DNA of 64,000 nt from Mytilus edulis. Taxonomy: Eukaryota. Both the position numbers and the translations under genes were made by a program. The notes under the pieces are model-generated. The model ran no database searches. It saw nothing but the letters and a program-made list of their open reading frames with translations, and was not told the origin of the DNA. Positions 1-12,390 of the stretch are shown one piece after another. The stretch's first letter is position 1. Each line of letters starts with the position of its first letter. Location of the stretch: positions 11,532,001 to 11,596,000 of the forward strand of contig NC_092352.1 in assembly GCF_963676685.1 (NCBI RefSeq). The letters are read 5' to 3'.

Positions 1-220
1 GGTGTGAACTGTCATACAAATGAGAGGTTTAGCTAGCTTTAAAACCATATATAATCAACCATTTTCTACATAAGAAAATGCCTGTACAAAGACAGAAATA
101 ATTATGACAGTTGTTATCCATTCGTTTGATGTGTTTGAGCTTTTGATTTTGCCTTTCGATTACAAACTTTCCGTTTTGAATTTTTCTCGGAGTTCGGTAT
201 TTTTGTTATTTTACTCTTTG
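1..220 (+). repeat. Fragment of abundant Penelope-like (Naiad) 3' UTR/pLTR repeat
   Basis: Reverse complement of the repeat at about 14525-14740, 32095-32300, 46050-46200 and 49178-49372. Confidence 0.7.
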
Positions 221-519
221 ATACTTTTGCTACATAAAAAGTGAATATAACAACTCATAAGTGTAATGCGTTTGAAGGGCTCATCTGGATTTCCCTTCAT
301 CAGGAACGCTTAAACCAACTATTTGAAGACCAAGATGGTTATGGGCCGAAACAATTGAACAGTTTTATGACCAAAAGGGACATATGTAGAAGTGGAAGCT
401 CATTTAATTCAAAATTGATAAACTGACAATTCGAAAAAAAATTGCTTTACATCATACAAATTGATAAACTGACAATTCGAAAAAATAATTGCTTTACATC
501 ATACAAGTTCCCAATCACT

Positions 520-735
520 TGTTGTAAAATACTTTTACATTCTTTTATTATAGACATTTTCGTTTAATTGGTAAACGTCTTAACGTCGTTTACCGCGGTA
601 ATTACGTAACTGTATATTCGACGTCGCTACTTAGCGACGTTATTGTATTCCTACATGTAGTTTAGATAAAGATTTCGTTCTATGAAGACGTTCTTCATCA
701 TTTCTTTAGAATATATGTTAAATTGGTGCCGTGAC
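520..735 (+). promoter_or_regulatory. Putative 5' LTR remnant and tRNA-His primer binding site of a BEL/Pao element
   Basis: TGTTG start at 520. TGGTGCCGTGAC at 724-735 is complementary to the tRNA-His 3' end and lies at the start of the gag ORF. 652-710 is duplicated exactly at 10680-10738. LTR limits are uncertain. Confidence 0.6.
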
Positions 736-2746
736 AAAAAGAACGATGAGTTCTAAACTCAAAGCTATTCGAGTTGGACATCGTGGTGCAGTCACGAAAC
801 TACTGAAGCGAGTGAGCGGAAATTTCGAGGAGTTATCAAAGGAATACGATGTCAATGAAATTATGTCAATCAGGGAAATGATACGGAAAAAGGAAACAGT
901 TATTTCGGAGCTCAACGATAAAATTGTGGAAGAAATTTCGGAAGAGGATATTCAAGAAGAGATAGAAGAAGCCGACAGGTATGAATTTGATATTCAAATT
1001 ACTCTAACAAAATTAGCAAAAGTAATCCGGGAAGCAGATAGCACAACATCTTCGAAACAGCAACAATTAAACCCGCACGCCACAGAATTTACACTTTCAA
1101 ACAACCTAATAAACCCTACTCCAGTAAGTTTCACGCCAGCAAATAATTCTTCATCTACATTTTCAAACTCCAGTATGTACCATAAATTACCAAAGCTTAC
1201 CCTACCCACGTTCGGAGGAAATATACTGGAATGGCAGCCATTTTGGGATTCCTTTTGTGCAGCAGTTCATGAAAATTTGTCCTTAAACGACGTTCAGAAG
1301 TTTAACTATTTAAGGTCTCAATTGTACGGAGAAGCAAGCCAATGCATCTCAGGATTACAAATTACAAACACAAATTACGCTCAAGCCCTACATGTATTGA
1401 AACAGAGAGTTGGTCAACCCCACAAAATTGTGAATGCCTATATGCAAAGCCTTATTAGTCTACCTAGTCCATCCGCGAATATTAGAGACATAAAGAACTT
1501 TTACGACAGTATGGAGAATTACATTCGAGGTCTTGAGGGAATGGGACAAACACATGAATCTTACGGGAGCCTTCTAGTACCAATTATCTTAAATAAAATT
1601 CCGGGAAACATCCGACAAAATATGGTACGCGTTAATGGAAATGATAGATGGAATTTACAGTTGCTACGTGGCGCAATTCAGCATGAAATTACTCTCCAAG
1701 AAGCAGGTCAGTCCGTAAGTTGTTATGAATCAGAATCAGAATATACATCTACGTCAGCATTTATAGTAAGTACAAAACGAAACTACGAATCAAATAACAG
1801 AGATTTAACCAGCAAACCCTGTATATATTGTAACGACATTCACGCTCCAACTACATGCATGACGGTAATAAATATTGATGACAGAAAGCGCACAGTTAAG
1901 GAGAAACAGTTATGTTTTAATTGTTTGGGAAGACACAGAATTGCAAACTGCAAATCAATAAATACATGTAAAATTTGTGGTAAACGACATCACACAAGTA
2001 TTTGCAATAAGGCGGAGCAATATACGCAAAACGAAGCAAAAACAGAAACGGAAAATTACAATTCAGAAAAACTAGACAGCAATCTCTCAGTAGCAAGCAT
2101 GCAATCATTAACGACATCAGTAAGAGCTCAAGTACTTTTGAAAACCGCGATAGTTACAGTCTCGTCCGACAAAACCCATTTTAGTCAAGCAAACACCTTA
2201 TTCGACGAAGGTGCACAGCGCAGTTTTATTACCAAAGATATGGCAGATAAATTAAACTTGAAACCCGTGAGAAATGAAGATATAACGGTCTCCGGATTCG
2301 GTGAAACAAATACGAAGGTAAGACATCTTCAAGTGGCTACTGTTTATTTACGAGCCCAGACTACAAAATTAATACCAATTAATGTACTTATCGTTCCAAA
2401 GATTGCTCACCCTATACAAACATACGCAAGAAATCAGTCACATTTTCCGTACTTAAATGGATTTAAATTAGCAAACCCTGTATCACGTGACGAGGACTTT
2501 GAAGTTTCTATATTAATTGGCGCTGATTACTTTTGGGATATTGTAGAGGACAAAGTTATTCGAGGACCGGGACCAACCGCAGTGAAATCGAAAGTAGGCT
2601 ACTTATTATCTGGGCCTATGCATCGAAATTCATCAGAACATTACAGTCCGTCATTTTCACCAATCATGAATATGTTAACCCCGCACAGTCGAAAAGCTGA
2701 TATGAAAGGCCGATCATGTCAAAAACCCGATAAAGTAACGCGTTAA
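731..2746 (+). mobile_element. BEL/Pao LTR retrotransposon Gag-protease ORF, truncated before RT
   Basis: KLPKLTLPTFGGNILEWQPFWDSF (DUF1759 gag), CCHC knuckles (CIYCNDIH..C, CFNCLGRH..C, CKICGKRHHTSIC) and aspartic protease LFDEGAQRSFI...ILIGAD...GYLLSGP. The last ~20 codons read into inserted DNA. Confidence 0.92.
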
Positions 2747-2989
2747 CATTTAACGCGATAAAATCACATTTAACGCGATAAATACAGTTTTAACGCGTTA
2801 AAACAAGATTTTAACGCGTTAAGAAATCAATATATTTAACGCGTTAAACTTTGCAATTATCAAGTTTGGGATTTAACCCGTAGGTGAAAAAAGACGTTTA
2901 TCGCGTTAAAATACCCGTTGCACTGGCCACATGTGTCATAATGAATCACATTAACGCGTTAAATGCAACACAATTACGTTGCTACATTA

Positions 2990-3150
2990 CTTTAACGCGT
3001 TAAAATATAATATAACGCGTTAAAACATCATTTAACGCGATAAAACATCATTTAACGCGTTAAAACATCGTTTAACGTGATAAAACATCCTTTAACGCGT
3101 TAAAACATCATTAAACGCGTTAAAACATCGTTTAACACGTTAAAACATCG
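2990..3150. repeat. Left subterminal 20-bp tandem array (TTTAACGCGTTAAAACATCA)
   Basis: About 7-8 units with the TTTAACGCGTTAAA palindromic core. Confidence 0.9.
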
Positions 3151-4390
3151 TTGGATGGAGTTATGGAATAATGTTGCTAACGAATACAATGATCTGTTCG
3201 CATTTTTTGGAGTACCGTGGTGTCCTGGACATTACATCCTCTCACGATTAAACCATGCTCTTTAACAAACCAGATTTCAAAACAGCAAACACGGTTTGTT
3301 AACTGAAAACCATACAAGTTCTAATGTCCTATTTGTAACAGGTATCTTGAACAACATACTATCAAAAACAAGTGTTGCAAATGAAAAAAAAAAACCACCA
3401 CAAACACAAGAAGATGACACCAATGGAGACGATAACATTTTAGCACACTCGGGAATGAATTACAGCCTTCAACGTGTAGCCTTGGTTCACACTTAACAGC
3501 AAGGTATAAAGGATCTTAAAAAAGACTAGTGTAAAACCAATGAAACAAGAAAGCCAACGGTCTAATCTATAAAAAGAAAATAAGAAACACTTATGAAGCA
3601 CATCAACAAACGACAACCACGATACCAGGTACCTGACTTAGGACAGGTGCAAACAAATGCAGTGGGTTAAAATGTTTTAATAGGCACCAACCTTTATCCA
3701 ACTTGAAACAATAGTGTGATATAACAACGTAGAAAGACACACTTTAAAATATCAACTGAAATGGCTTTACTCAATCAAATAACATATTAAAATAACTAAT
3801 GAAGATACACTGAACGAATACATTTGATCTATGACTCAATGTAAATACAAAATAAAACAATGGGGTTAGAGGCAAACAATATCAGAAAGACAATCATTAA
3901 CCTTAAACAAAATTCAGGACTGATAACGGACAGAGAAACGGACGGACAGTCAGAGAGAGTCTCTTTCAGTTTTACAGGTAGGGCATTAATTATAGCGCCC
4001 ATTTTAAGGGGAGGATAAATAATCTGTTCTCCATACATGCCATATTACAGAACAACGCAGTATTTAGAGGTAAAAATGTCGAAAATGAATGATTGCGCGG
4101 CAATAAAAAAAACTACTTAATTAGTAGTAAAAATAAAGAATAACATCCTCTTTCCCCAATGTATATCAAATGGTCATCCTCTTACTTTTGGCACAGATTC
4201 ATTACTTTATTGGGCATGGTTTACTAGATACTGGATGCCTGCTCTTAAAAACCTCTTGTTTTAAATATGTTCACAATTCACACACGATTGCTAGCTAATA
4301 AACTCAAAATGGATACCAGGTTTGAAATTTTGTATTTGCGCCAGACGAGCGTTTCGTCTACATAAGACTTATCAATGACGCTCGAATGAA

Positions 4391-4776
4391 AAACTAGAGG
4401 CTCTCAAGAGCCTGTATCGCTCACCTGACTCTACTTGGGTTTTTGAAAACGTATAAAAAAAGATTTTTTGGTTTAATATTGCATTCTGTTCTGTGGTTTT
4501 CTAAAAGAAGACATTTGTATGTATTTCCCTTGGGTCCTATGTTAAACTAAGTCCCTCGCTTGCGACCATCTTGGATGATTGATCGGCTACAAAGAAACAA
4601 CACTTGGTCAGCACCTCATCAGGAACATTCATGCCATGTTTGGTTCTATTCCATTCCGTAGTTCTCCAGAAGAAGTACAAATGTAAAAAGTTAACGACGA
4701 CGACGACGGACGACAGACGACGGACGCCAAGTGATGAGAAAAGCTAACTTGGCCCTGCGCGCCAGGTGAGCTAAAA
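4391..4776 (-). mobile_element. Non-autonomous Helentron-associated element (HINE/DINE-1/pearl-like)
   Basis: Subterminal IR GCTCACCTG (4419-4427) / CAGGTGAGC (4763-4771), GAC/GGAC microsatellite at ~4695-4727, terminal hairpin GGCTCT-CA-AGAGCC and A-rich flanks. Confidence 0.8.
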
Positions 4777-5069
4777 TTTAAAAAAGGGCGGTTATCTGAC
4801 TGACAGCCGTGTAACAATATCCGATTGTAATGTTTAACTGAGGTATGGTTGATAGATATAGTAAAGATATGTCATGTTTTCACCATCTGCAGAAAAAAAA
4901 CTTCACTTGTAGAGACTTATGCAAGTATACGTCAAACTAACATAGTTTATGTTAAACCCTAATGTTAGATACAGACATCAAAAGATGCAAAAAGACCAAG
5001 TAAAGTATCTGAAAAACCTGACTTATAAACAAAATTTATTCAAGACGAAACGTAAAGACAGGTTGACAA

Positions 5070-5649
5070 AGGAGTAGGTCCAGTAAGACCCCTTTTTGGC
5101 CCCAAAATATAGCAGTTTTACAAAATTGTTAAAATGTAAACTTTTAGTTATTTATTGGACAGTAGAATGCTTCTGCTACATAAATATGTACTGTTTTTGA
5201 CAATACAATGCACATATATCGGGTACTAGCACCATAAAGTCATGCTAAATTACTGAAATCTTCACAATTTTAGCATTTTAGTTAAATTTTAGACGGTTTT
5301 CGTGTAAAACGAAAGTGGCCGCATTCGTGTTCATCCTTAATATTGAAATGTAAGTTGTATTTTATTATAATACATAACATATATAAAGGTTGAGGATGAA
5401 CACGAATGCGGCCACTTTCATTTTTGACAAAAACCAACTGAAAAGTGACATTTTTCGGCATATTTGATAGATTTTTCATATTTGAGCTTGAATCGGATCG
5501 TTTTTAATGACAAAATCAGCTAAAATCTTTCACATAAACTGATTGATTCAAATGAAATAGACACTTAAGTGTTTAAAAAGTGGTCAAAATCTTTCGTCAG
5601 ATGAACCTGAAATTTGAGGCCAAAATCGGTCCTTACCGGACCTACTCCT
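5070..5649. mobile_element. Kolobok-like MITE (AGG...CCT ends, TTAA on the right flank)
   Basis: Imperfect TIR AGGAGTAGGTCC(A/G)GTAAG. Internal perfect 27-bp IR at 5311-5337 / 5393-5419. The left flank is ACAA rather than TTAA. Confidence 0.7.
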
Positions 5650-5744
5650 TTAAATTAAGCTGGCCTTTTTTAAATTAACATAATCAGTCCATGTAAGTAA
5701 GGTTGAATTAAATTAAACGTTGCTTAAAACACGTCACAGTAGCT

Positions 5745-6560
5745 TTTAACGCTGTAAAGTTGCATTAAACGCGTTAAAGTTGCATTTAACGCGTTAAAGT
5801 TGCATTTAACGCGTTAAAGTTGCATTCAACGCGTTAAAGTTGCATTCAACGCGTTAAAGTTGCATTTAACGCGTTAAAGTTGCATTTAACGCGTTAAAGT
5901 TGCATTTAACGCTGTAAAGTTGCATTAAACGCGTTAAAGTTTCATTTAACGCGTTAAAGTTGCGTTTAACGCGTTAAAGTTGCATTTAACGCGTTAAAGT
6001 TGCATTTAACGCGTTAAAGTTGCATTTAACGCGTTAAAGTTGCATTTAACGCGTTAAAGTTGCATTTAACGCGTTAAAGTTGCATTAACGCGTTAAAGTT
6101 GCGTTTAACGCGTTAAAGTTGCGTTTAACGCGTTAAAGTTGCGTTTAACGCGTTAAAGTTGCATTCAACGCGTTAAAGTTGCATTCAACGCGTTAAAGTT
6201 GCATTTAACGCGTTAAAGTTGCATTTAACGCGTTAAAGTTGCATTTAACGCTGTAAAGTTGCATTAAACGCGTTAAAGTTTCATTTAACGCGTTAAAGTT
6301 GCGTTTAACGCGTTAAAGTTGCATTTAACGCGTTAAAGTTGCATTGAACGCGTTAAAGTTGCATTGAACGCGTTAAAGTTGCATTGAACGCGTTAAAGTT
6401 GCATTGAACGCGTTAAAGTTGCATTTAACGCGTTAAAGTTGTTTTTAACGCGTTAAAATTGCATTTAACGCTTTATAGTTGCATTTAACGCGTTCAGGTT
6501 GTTTTTAACGCGTTAAAGTTGCATTTAACGCGTTAAAGTTGCATTTAACGTTAAAAATGC
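5745..6560. repeat. 20-bp tandem minisatellite TGCATTTAACGCGTTAAAGT, about 40 copies
   Basis: Three units per 60-nt line, each with a 14-bp palindrome. Lies inside the right arm of the 2701-7007 element. Confidence 0.97.
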
Positions 6561-9500
6561 TTGTCACGCGTGAAAGTTGCATTTTTCTTATCTTTTTATG
6601 CGGTAACCTTCTTTTAACGCGTTAAACCCTCTTTTAACACGTTAAACCTTCATTTAACGCGTTAATTCTTATTTTAACGCGATAAGTAATTAATGACGAT
6701 GAAATCAAAAATGTGCTGAAAATCAATAAACTTTATCGCGTTAATTGATAAAGTTATGACACATGTGGCCAGTTCATTTAGTAAGTTTCGAGTAAAATCT
6801 GACGCCTTAAATTGTAGTTATGGCGAAAAAAGAAAGTATTTTCGGTATTTTTTTGTAGTTCTGTGCTTAACGCGTTAAATAATAAAATAACGCGTTAAAA
6901 ATTATTTAAACGCGTTAAAACTGTATTTATCGTGTTAAATGTGATTTTATCGCGTTAAATGTTAACGCGTTATTTTATCGGGTTTTTGACATGAACGGCC
7001 TTTCATAAGCTGACCCCGGTTTGACCCCATTTCTTAAAGCAACAATGGACGTCATGTGATTACCATATATGGGCATTTTTTTACCAAAAAAAAGAAGCTC
7101 GTTTTTTGGAATTTGTAGTTTTTTGCATGAATTAAAACTAATTTCCTTTTAAGTGAACATTCTTGAGTATATAAGAAATATATTACTCAACTCAATTATG
7201 GATTAAACTCATTTTTTTCTCTCAAAATGTGTCTTCAAAGTCAAGGTGTTGACGAAAAAAATTGGTCACAGAAAATTAAAATCGTAATTTTCTTTCTTAA
7301 CTTCTCGGGAAGCTATGCTAAATTTAAATTATGTTATGTAACATAACTTGGACTATGATGTGTCAAATTTGTGCCAGTTGATATGCTAAGATACGCAAAT
7401 GTGCCAGTTAGATGTGTCGATATTTCTGACGAAGCGGGGCCGACGGTAATTCACGAGTTACGTCCCTTTGTTTGACACTATCATGAACAAACTATTGTTA
7501 TATCAAGCAATATGCTGTTATTTACATGTGGATATTATTAAAAATTATCTTATTAAATATATTTTGATACTGTAAACATGTGCCAAAAAATAGAGAAACA
7601 CATTTTATCACTTTTCAGAACTCAGTCCCTGTGAAATAGGCCCTATGTGTCCCTATGTGCCATAATAGGGTTAATAATTTAATATTAATTTAATATTCCA
7701 AGAGTTAATTTAATATTCATGTTTTGGTAAGTATGTTTACTGCTGCAACCAAATTATTTTAACACAGAAATAAATGTCTACTCAATTTATACAAGGGGTA
7801 CTCTAAATATTCATGAATAATGGATCAAGACAGTATTAAAATGATAAAAAACAGGAATATTCCTTTTCATTACTGACACTTGCAAGTTGGTCCTACATTT
7901 TTCATTTAAACATAAAAGAGATCATAATGATCGAAAGTATTTTGAATGTAAAATCTTCATTATTTTAAATTTATAAAAGGAAAATTATTTTGCAATCCTT
8001 GTATGAACAAACTAAATGTAACCATGTTGTCTCATTGATTTCATGCAAGTTATAGTTCTAATGAATGGACTCAAATTATAAAATAACACACTAAACCAAT
8101 AAATAAATGGTGCTGGTCATGAACTTGAAAATAAATAAGAACAAAATAGACTTAGTAATATTTTTCTTTTTCTATTTGAAAAAAAGATAATAACATTAAA
8201 AAAACTATGCATTTTTACATTTATATAAAAGTATTTTCAGAGCAGTTTCTGGTGGCTAAGTCAACAATTATGTTTTAGATCACAAGTCAAAATTAAGTCA
8301 CACTTCATGTCAGTATGATAATGCTTTGAATAAGATTGATTAAAATGATACTCTGAAAGAGATTGTTTGAAGACAGCAACCATTTGTTTTCAGGGAGAAA
8401 AATCTAAATATTTACGAGGAAACTAAAAATGATGGACTGAATTTAAATTTAAAGAAGCATCTCATTAAGACAAACACTCGATATCAATATCTCGGCAATA
8501 GAATGTTGGATACGCAAACGTCAAATTGATTTCAAAACGAAGCGGTGGTTTTTATGCCGATTTGTGCAAGTGGTTATCTCCCCTTAATATCACCAGTCAA
8601 AAATAAAAACCCAGCAAAATGCATAAAAATTAAAAAAGGAGTTTATTTTACAAAAATTAGAAAGAAAATAAACGAAACTCGATTTATAACTATGTTATGA
8701 TAATATAAAGAAGAGATACTTCCCTATTTTTCAGAGAAGGACTAAATGTAAAAAATTTAAACACAAAATATTACTGTAGTAAAAAAAAAAACTATTCAGA
8801 AATGTGGATAATGACACCTACATGTAAAATTAAAAACCTAGCTATATTGAAAGAAGTTAGATCTGGCGGATGAATTATACTACATGTAATTTTTATATGT
8901 AGGATCATTCCTAGCAGAATTTTTTAAAACACTTCTGATTATATTTAATGCAATAAAACATAGTTTATACAATTTCAATAATCTTTCTGAAAATTGATAT
9001 AATTATTAAATAAATAGTACTGATCATATATATTCTATAAAGTGTGACCAAGAGTCACAACAAATTTCTTCAAATTAAGAGAGCCTTTAAACTCAAGCCT
9101 ATGTTTCTTAGTTGAACAGTAAAATACAAAAAAGGGATTTATAAGTTTTATACCAAAAATATTGACAGAAATTCTGTAAAAAAATATGCTTTAAATTATA
9201 AGTAAAAGTGACCCAATTTGGAATTTCAGAATCATTATTATTGTAAAATTAAACTATTAGATTAGCTTGCACAGTAGCCCTTTATCTTATTTCTCAGAGT
9301 ATTTTATAGATTATGAAAGTAGACTTTTTGGAAGAAATGGGGCTTCTTCTCTTGAACAGGTTGCTGTATCAGCTGCTTTAATAACATATTTATAAACAAA
9401 GTATTGTATATATACTTTACCTGAATACTAGTAATAGGAAATTAAATGAAACTGGTGGGACAAATTTTGTGCATTTTACTTCAATAATGATCAATGATGC

Positions 9501-10679
9501 TTAAATTTGACAAGAATTAGCCATTTGAATAAATTCAATTTTGTAAGAACACATCTCTATGAATTAACTTCTTGTTTGGCTGACTTGGCTTGATAAGCTA
9601 GTGTTTGCTCTTATTACTATAAAATTGAGAATGGAAATATAGCTTACTAAGTAAAGAGATAATAATATAAGCAATATTTTATTAACTGACCTTCTTTTCC
9701 TTTTTTCATATGTTTTTTTCCTACAGAATTTTCTTTGCAATGCATTTTCTATTGCTATTTTTGTGCTTTTGTCCATCCCAGTGGTCCATCCATACAGTAG
9801 GCTATCAATAATTTGTCAGATCTGTCAGAATTTTCCAAGACATTTAGCTTTAAACGCAATAAAGAAGATCTTTGTTTGTTGTTTCACTTTAATTTCCAAT
9901 GTGTAAATTTTTACTATGCACATGACCCTGACACATATTTTGTTGTATAAACGTTACATGACGTATGTTGAAAAAAGAAAACAATGTCACCGCCAATTTG
10001 TGTAGGGGATCAAAAGGGGTTTTAGTTACTTTAAAATATAAGTATTGTATGGAATTGTGAAAATCCACAACTTTTAATCAAAGTTTCATTCATGTCTTTA
10101 ATAAAATCAGTATTTTAGAGCACTTTGAAACAGGTACAATGAAAAGAAGCTAAACTTCACTGTTTTGAAGTAGAAACGTAGCTAAAACCAGATACAAATT
10201 GACATGGCTGGTGGTCACTAAAATTGATGTATAAAAGCAAAAAATGATGGCTTCAAAACAGTGTATAAATTTGAAATAGGTCTCCCGGTTTCATTTAATA
10301 TTATAACCGTTCTATTCTGTATTTGGATACGCAAACGTCAAATTAGGAAAAATCGCTTTTTTTGGCGAACAAAAAAGATGGCTATTTTTTTTTTAGAACG
10401 GACAGGATAAAGGAATTGCAATAACAAGCTTTTTTTGTAATGTTTGTGTGTCGTAAAGAAATTATATTGGTCACAAAACCTACAAATTTTAAAATTTAAT
10501 TATAATAAAAGCATGACAAGTTGCAAAAAATACTTTAAACGTCAATCTTTTAGCCGATTGATTTGGCGGACTTTTTGACGTTACGAACGACTGTAGCGCC
10601 ACCTAATTAATTCCCCCTGCTATTGTTGCTGATAGAGCTTGACGAGAACGGCCGTATCGAAGGACTTGCTTTCCAACTG

Positions 10680-10738
10680 TACATGTAGTTTAGATAAAGA
10701 TTTCGTTCTATGAAGACGTTCTTCATCATTTCTTTAGA
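10680..10738 (+). repeat. 59-bp exact direct repeat of 652-710 (probable 3' LTR remnant)
   Basis: TACATGTAGTTTAGATAAAG...CATTTCTTTAGA is identical at both sites and is followed by CA here. Confidence 0.85.
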
Positions 10739-11449
10739 CACTGACTACTGAGCTTTGCAGATTCATTTTCGTGGTACCAAACACTTCGATTTAATATATT
10801 TGGCTACTTTAATTTTCGTAAAATTTTCTTTTTTTTTCTTTTTTTTCCAAGTAAATATCTTTTATTATATATCTGCTGTTTTGACAATTTACTCGGATTA
10901 CAGCGTTAGCCCGAGTATCCCTGTAATTAGTTACTGAATTTCCAGGGAAGAGTTCAGTAAAGTATACTAAAGTATTAAAGTGTTAATTATATATATCACA
11001 TATACATTCTTTTAAATACAGTGTATACATATTAAGAATAAAATTTCATAGTATAAATCACGTGTTTACGGAACATCATTTGCCTTCCGAATTTGTATTC
11101 ATCGTCCCGTGTTTACATCTTTGACCCAGTTATTTGTACTTGACCTTTTGTGCTGGATTAGTTACAAATCATTGTCCGAAAGCTAGTGCAAAAGGAAGCA
11201 CTTGTTTGTTGTGAAAATAAATTTTTGGATTAGATAAAACTTGTTTGGTAAGTGTTATTTACTATTCGTTAACAATTTTGTCTTAGAAACAAAATAAATG
11301 TATCTAGAGTGAAAAAGATTAAATGTTTCTGGAAATATAATATAAAGAATAAGGTTTTTAACATGTGATTTGATACCAACAAAGTGAACATACACACAAT
11401 TACTTGATGATATTTGGTGCAAAACAAATCAGTGTTGAATTATAATCAT

Positions 11450-12390
11450 TTTAGTTTTATATATTATATTAAATAAAGTGTCTTGTTTGGTTTGTTCATA
11501 CATACAAAAAATGAAAAACCAACAACTGCAACATACATGTACACAATATAAAGTCTAGCATAGCTATTAATTTTCACACCACACAATTGTATACATTTCA
11601 ATTACATATATTTTTGAATATTTTTAAGCATCTTACTTATTGTTTTATTTCTATACTCCATCAGATAATATCTGTATTTAAATTCTTGTTTAAATATTTC
11701 ATAAACATTAACTTGATTTATCTTATTATTTGAAATACAATTGCATTTGTGTAGAGTGAATAGGATGACTGTCAAGAGATAATTAATATCATTTAATGAG
11801 TCCTCTTCTATTTTATATCCTACTACTAAGTGTTTTAAAGTAACTATATGTTCACCAATATGAAGCGTATTTAATAAAATACAAATTTTATTCCAAAAAA
11901 CTTTAAAATAAGTACATTCCATGAAATTGTGTTGATAAGTATCTGGTACCCCACACACTGAACACAGATTGGTGTTCTTAATTTTCCATGTGAAAAGATG
12001 TGTACCTACAGGTAGTATATAATGTAATAATTTCCATCGAACCATTTTTAATTTATTGTCTTCTAAATAATTAAAAATAAAATTTAATGTGTATTTAATT
12101 TTTGGTTGAATTTTATCTATATTTAGTTCTTTCCGCCATTTTGTAAACCCTATAGGAATATCTTTACTTACATTAGATAAGATTACATAAATATCTTTAT
12201 TATTAATTTTTTGTAAATCATATATAATTGCGCCTTGTTTTAAAGATAGTTGTTTTTTACAATTAACAATAGTTTTTGATGAGTTTTGTTTTTGTAATAT
12301 ATCTTTCCAATGATTTGGTATGCTCTTTCTTATTTGTATTATTTCTGCAATCCAATTTCTTTTACATTTTAACTTATTGAGTATTTTTTC
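11450..12390 (-). mobile_element. 5'-truncated L1/Tx1-clade LINE, ORF2 C-terminal zf-RVT fragment
   Basis: ORF 11602-12045: WKLLHYILP...CSVCGVPDTYQHNFMEC..FW (zf-RVT CxxC...H...C pattern). Confidence 0.8.

Larger units (their letters stand above)
2701..7007. mobile_element. Non-autonomous TIR DNA transposon, IS3EU-like (TAT...ATA termini, 6-bp TSD)
   Basis: About 120-bp imperfect TIRs (2701-2820 / ~6888-7007). TSD AGCTGA at 2695-2700 and 7008-7013. Perfect 20-bp inner IR at 2922-2941 / 6754-6773. No transposase ORF. Confidence 0.85.

Noticed and set aside
412-507. About 47-bp tandem duplication (similar small ones at ~15030-15205 and ~35713-35777)
   Set aside because: Ordinary two-copy slippage duplications with no further structure.
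5745-6560. CRISPR-like palindromic repeat array
   Set aside because: Units are contiguous with no unique spacers, there are no cas genes, and the context is a eukaryotic transposon.
2701-7007. Polinton/Maverick assignment based on the 6-bp TSD
   Set aside because: Termini are TAT/ATA rather than AG/CT, and there are no polB, integrase or capsid remnants.
3296-9776. Short 60-70 aa ORFs in the track
   Set aside because: They lie in repeats or AT-rich DNA, lack domains and splice context, and are expected by chance.
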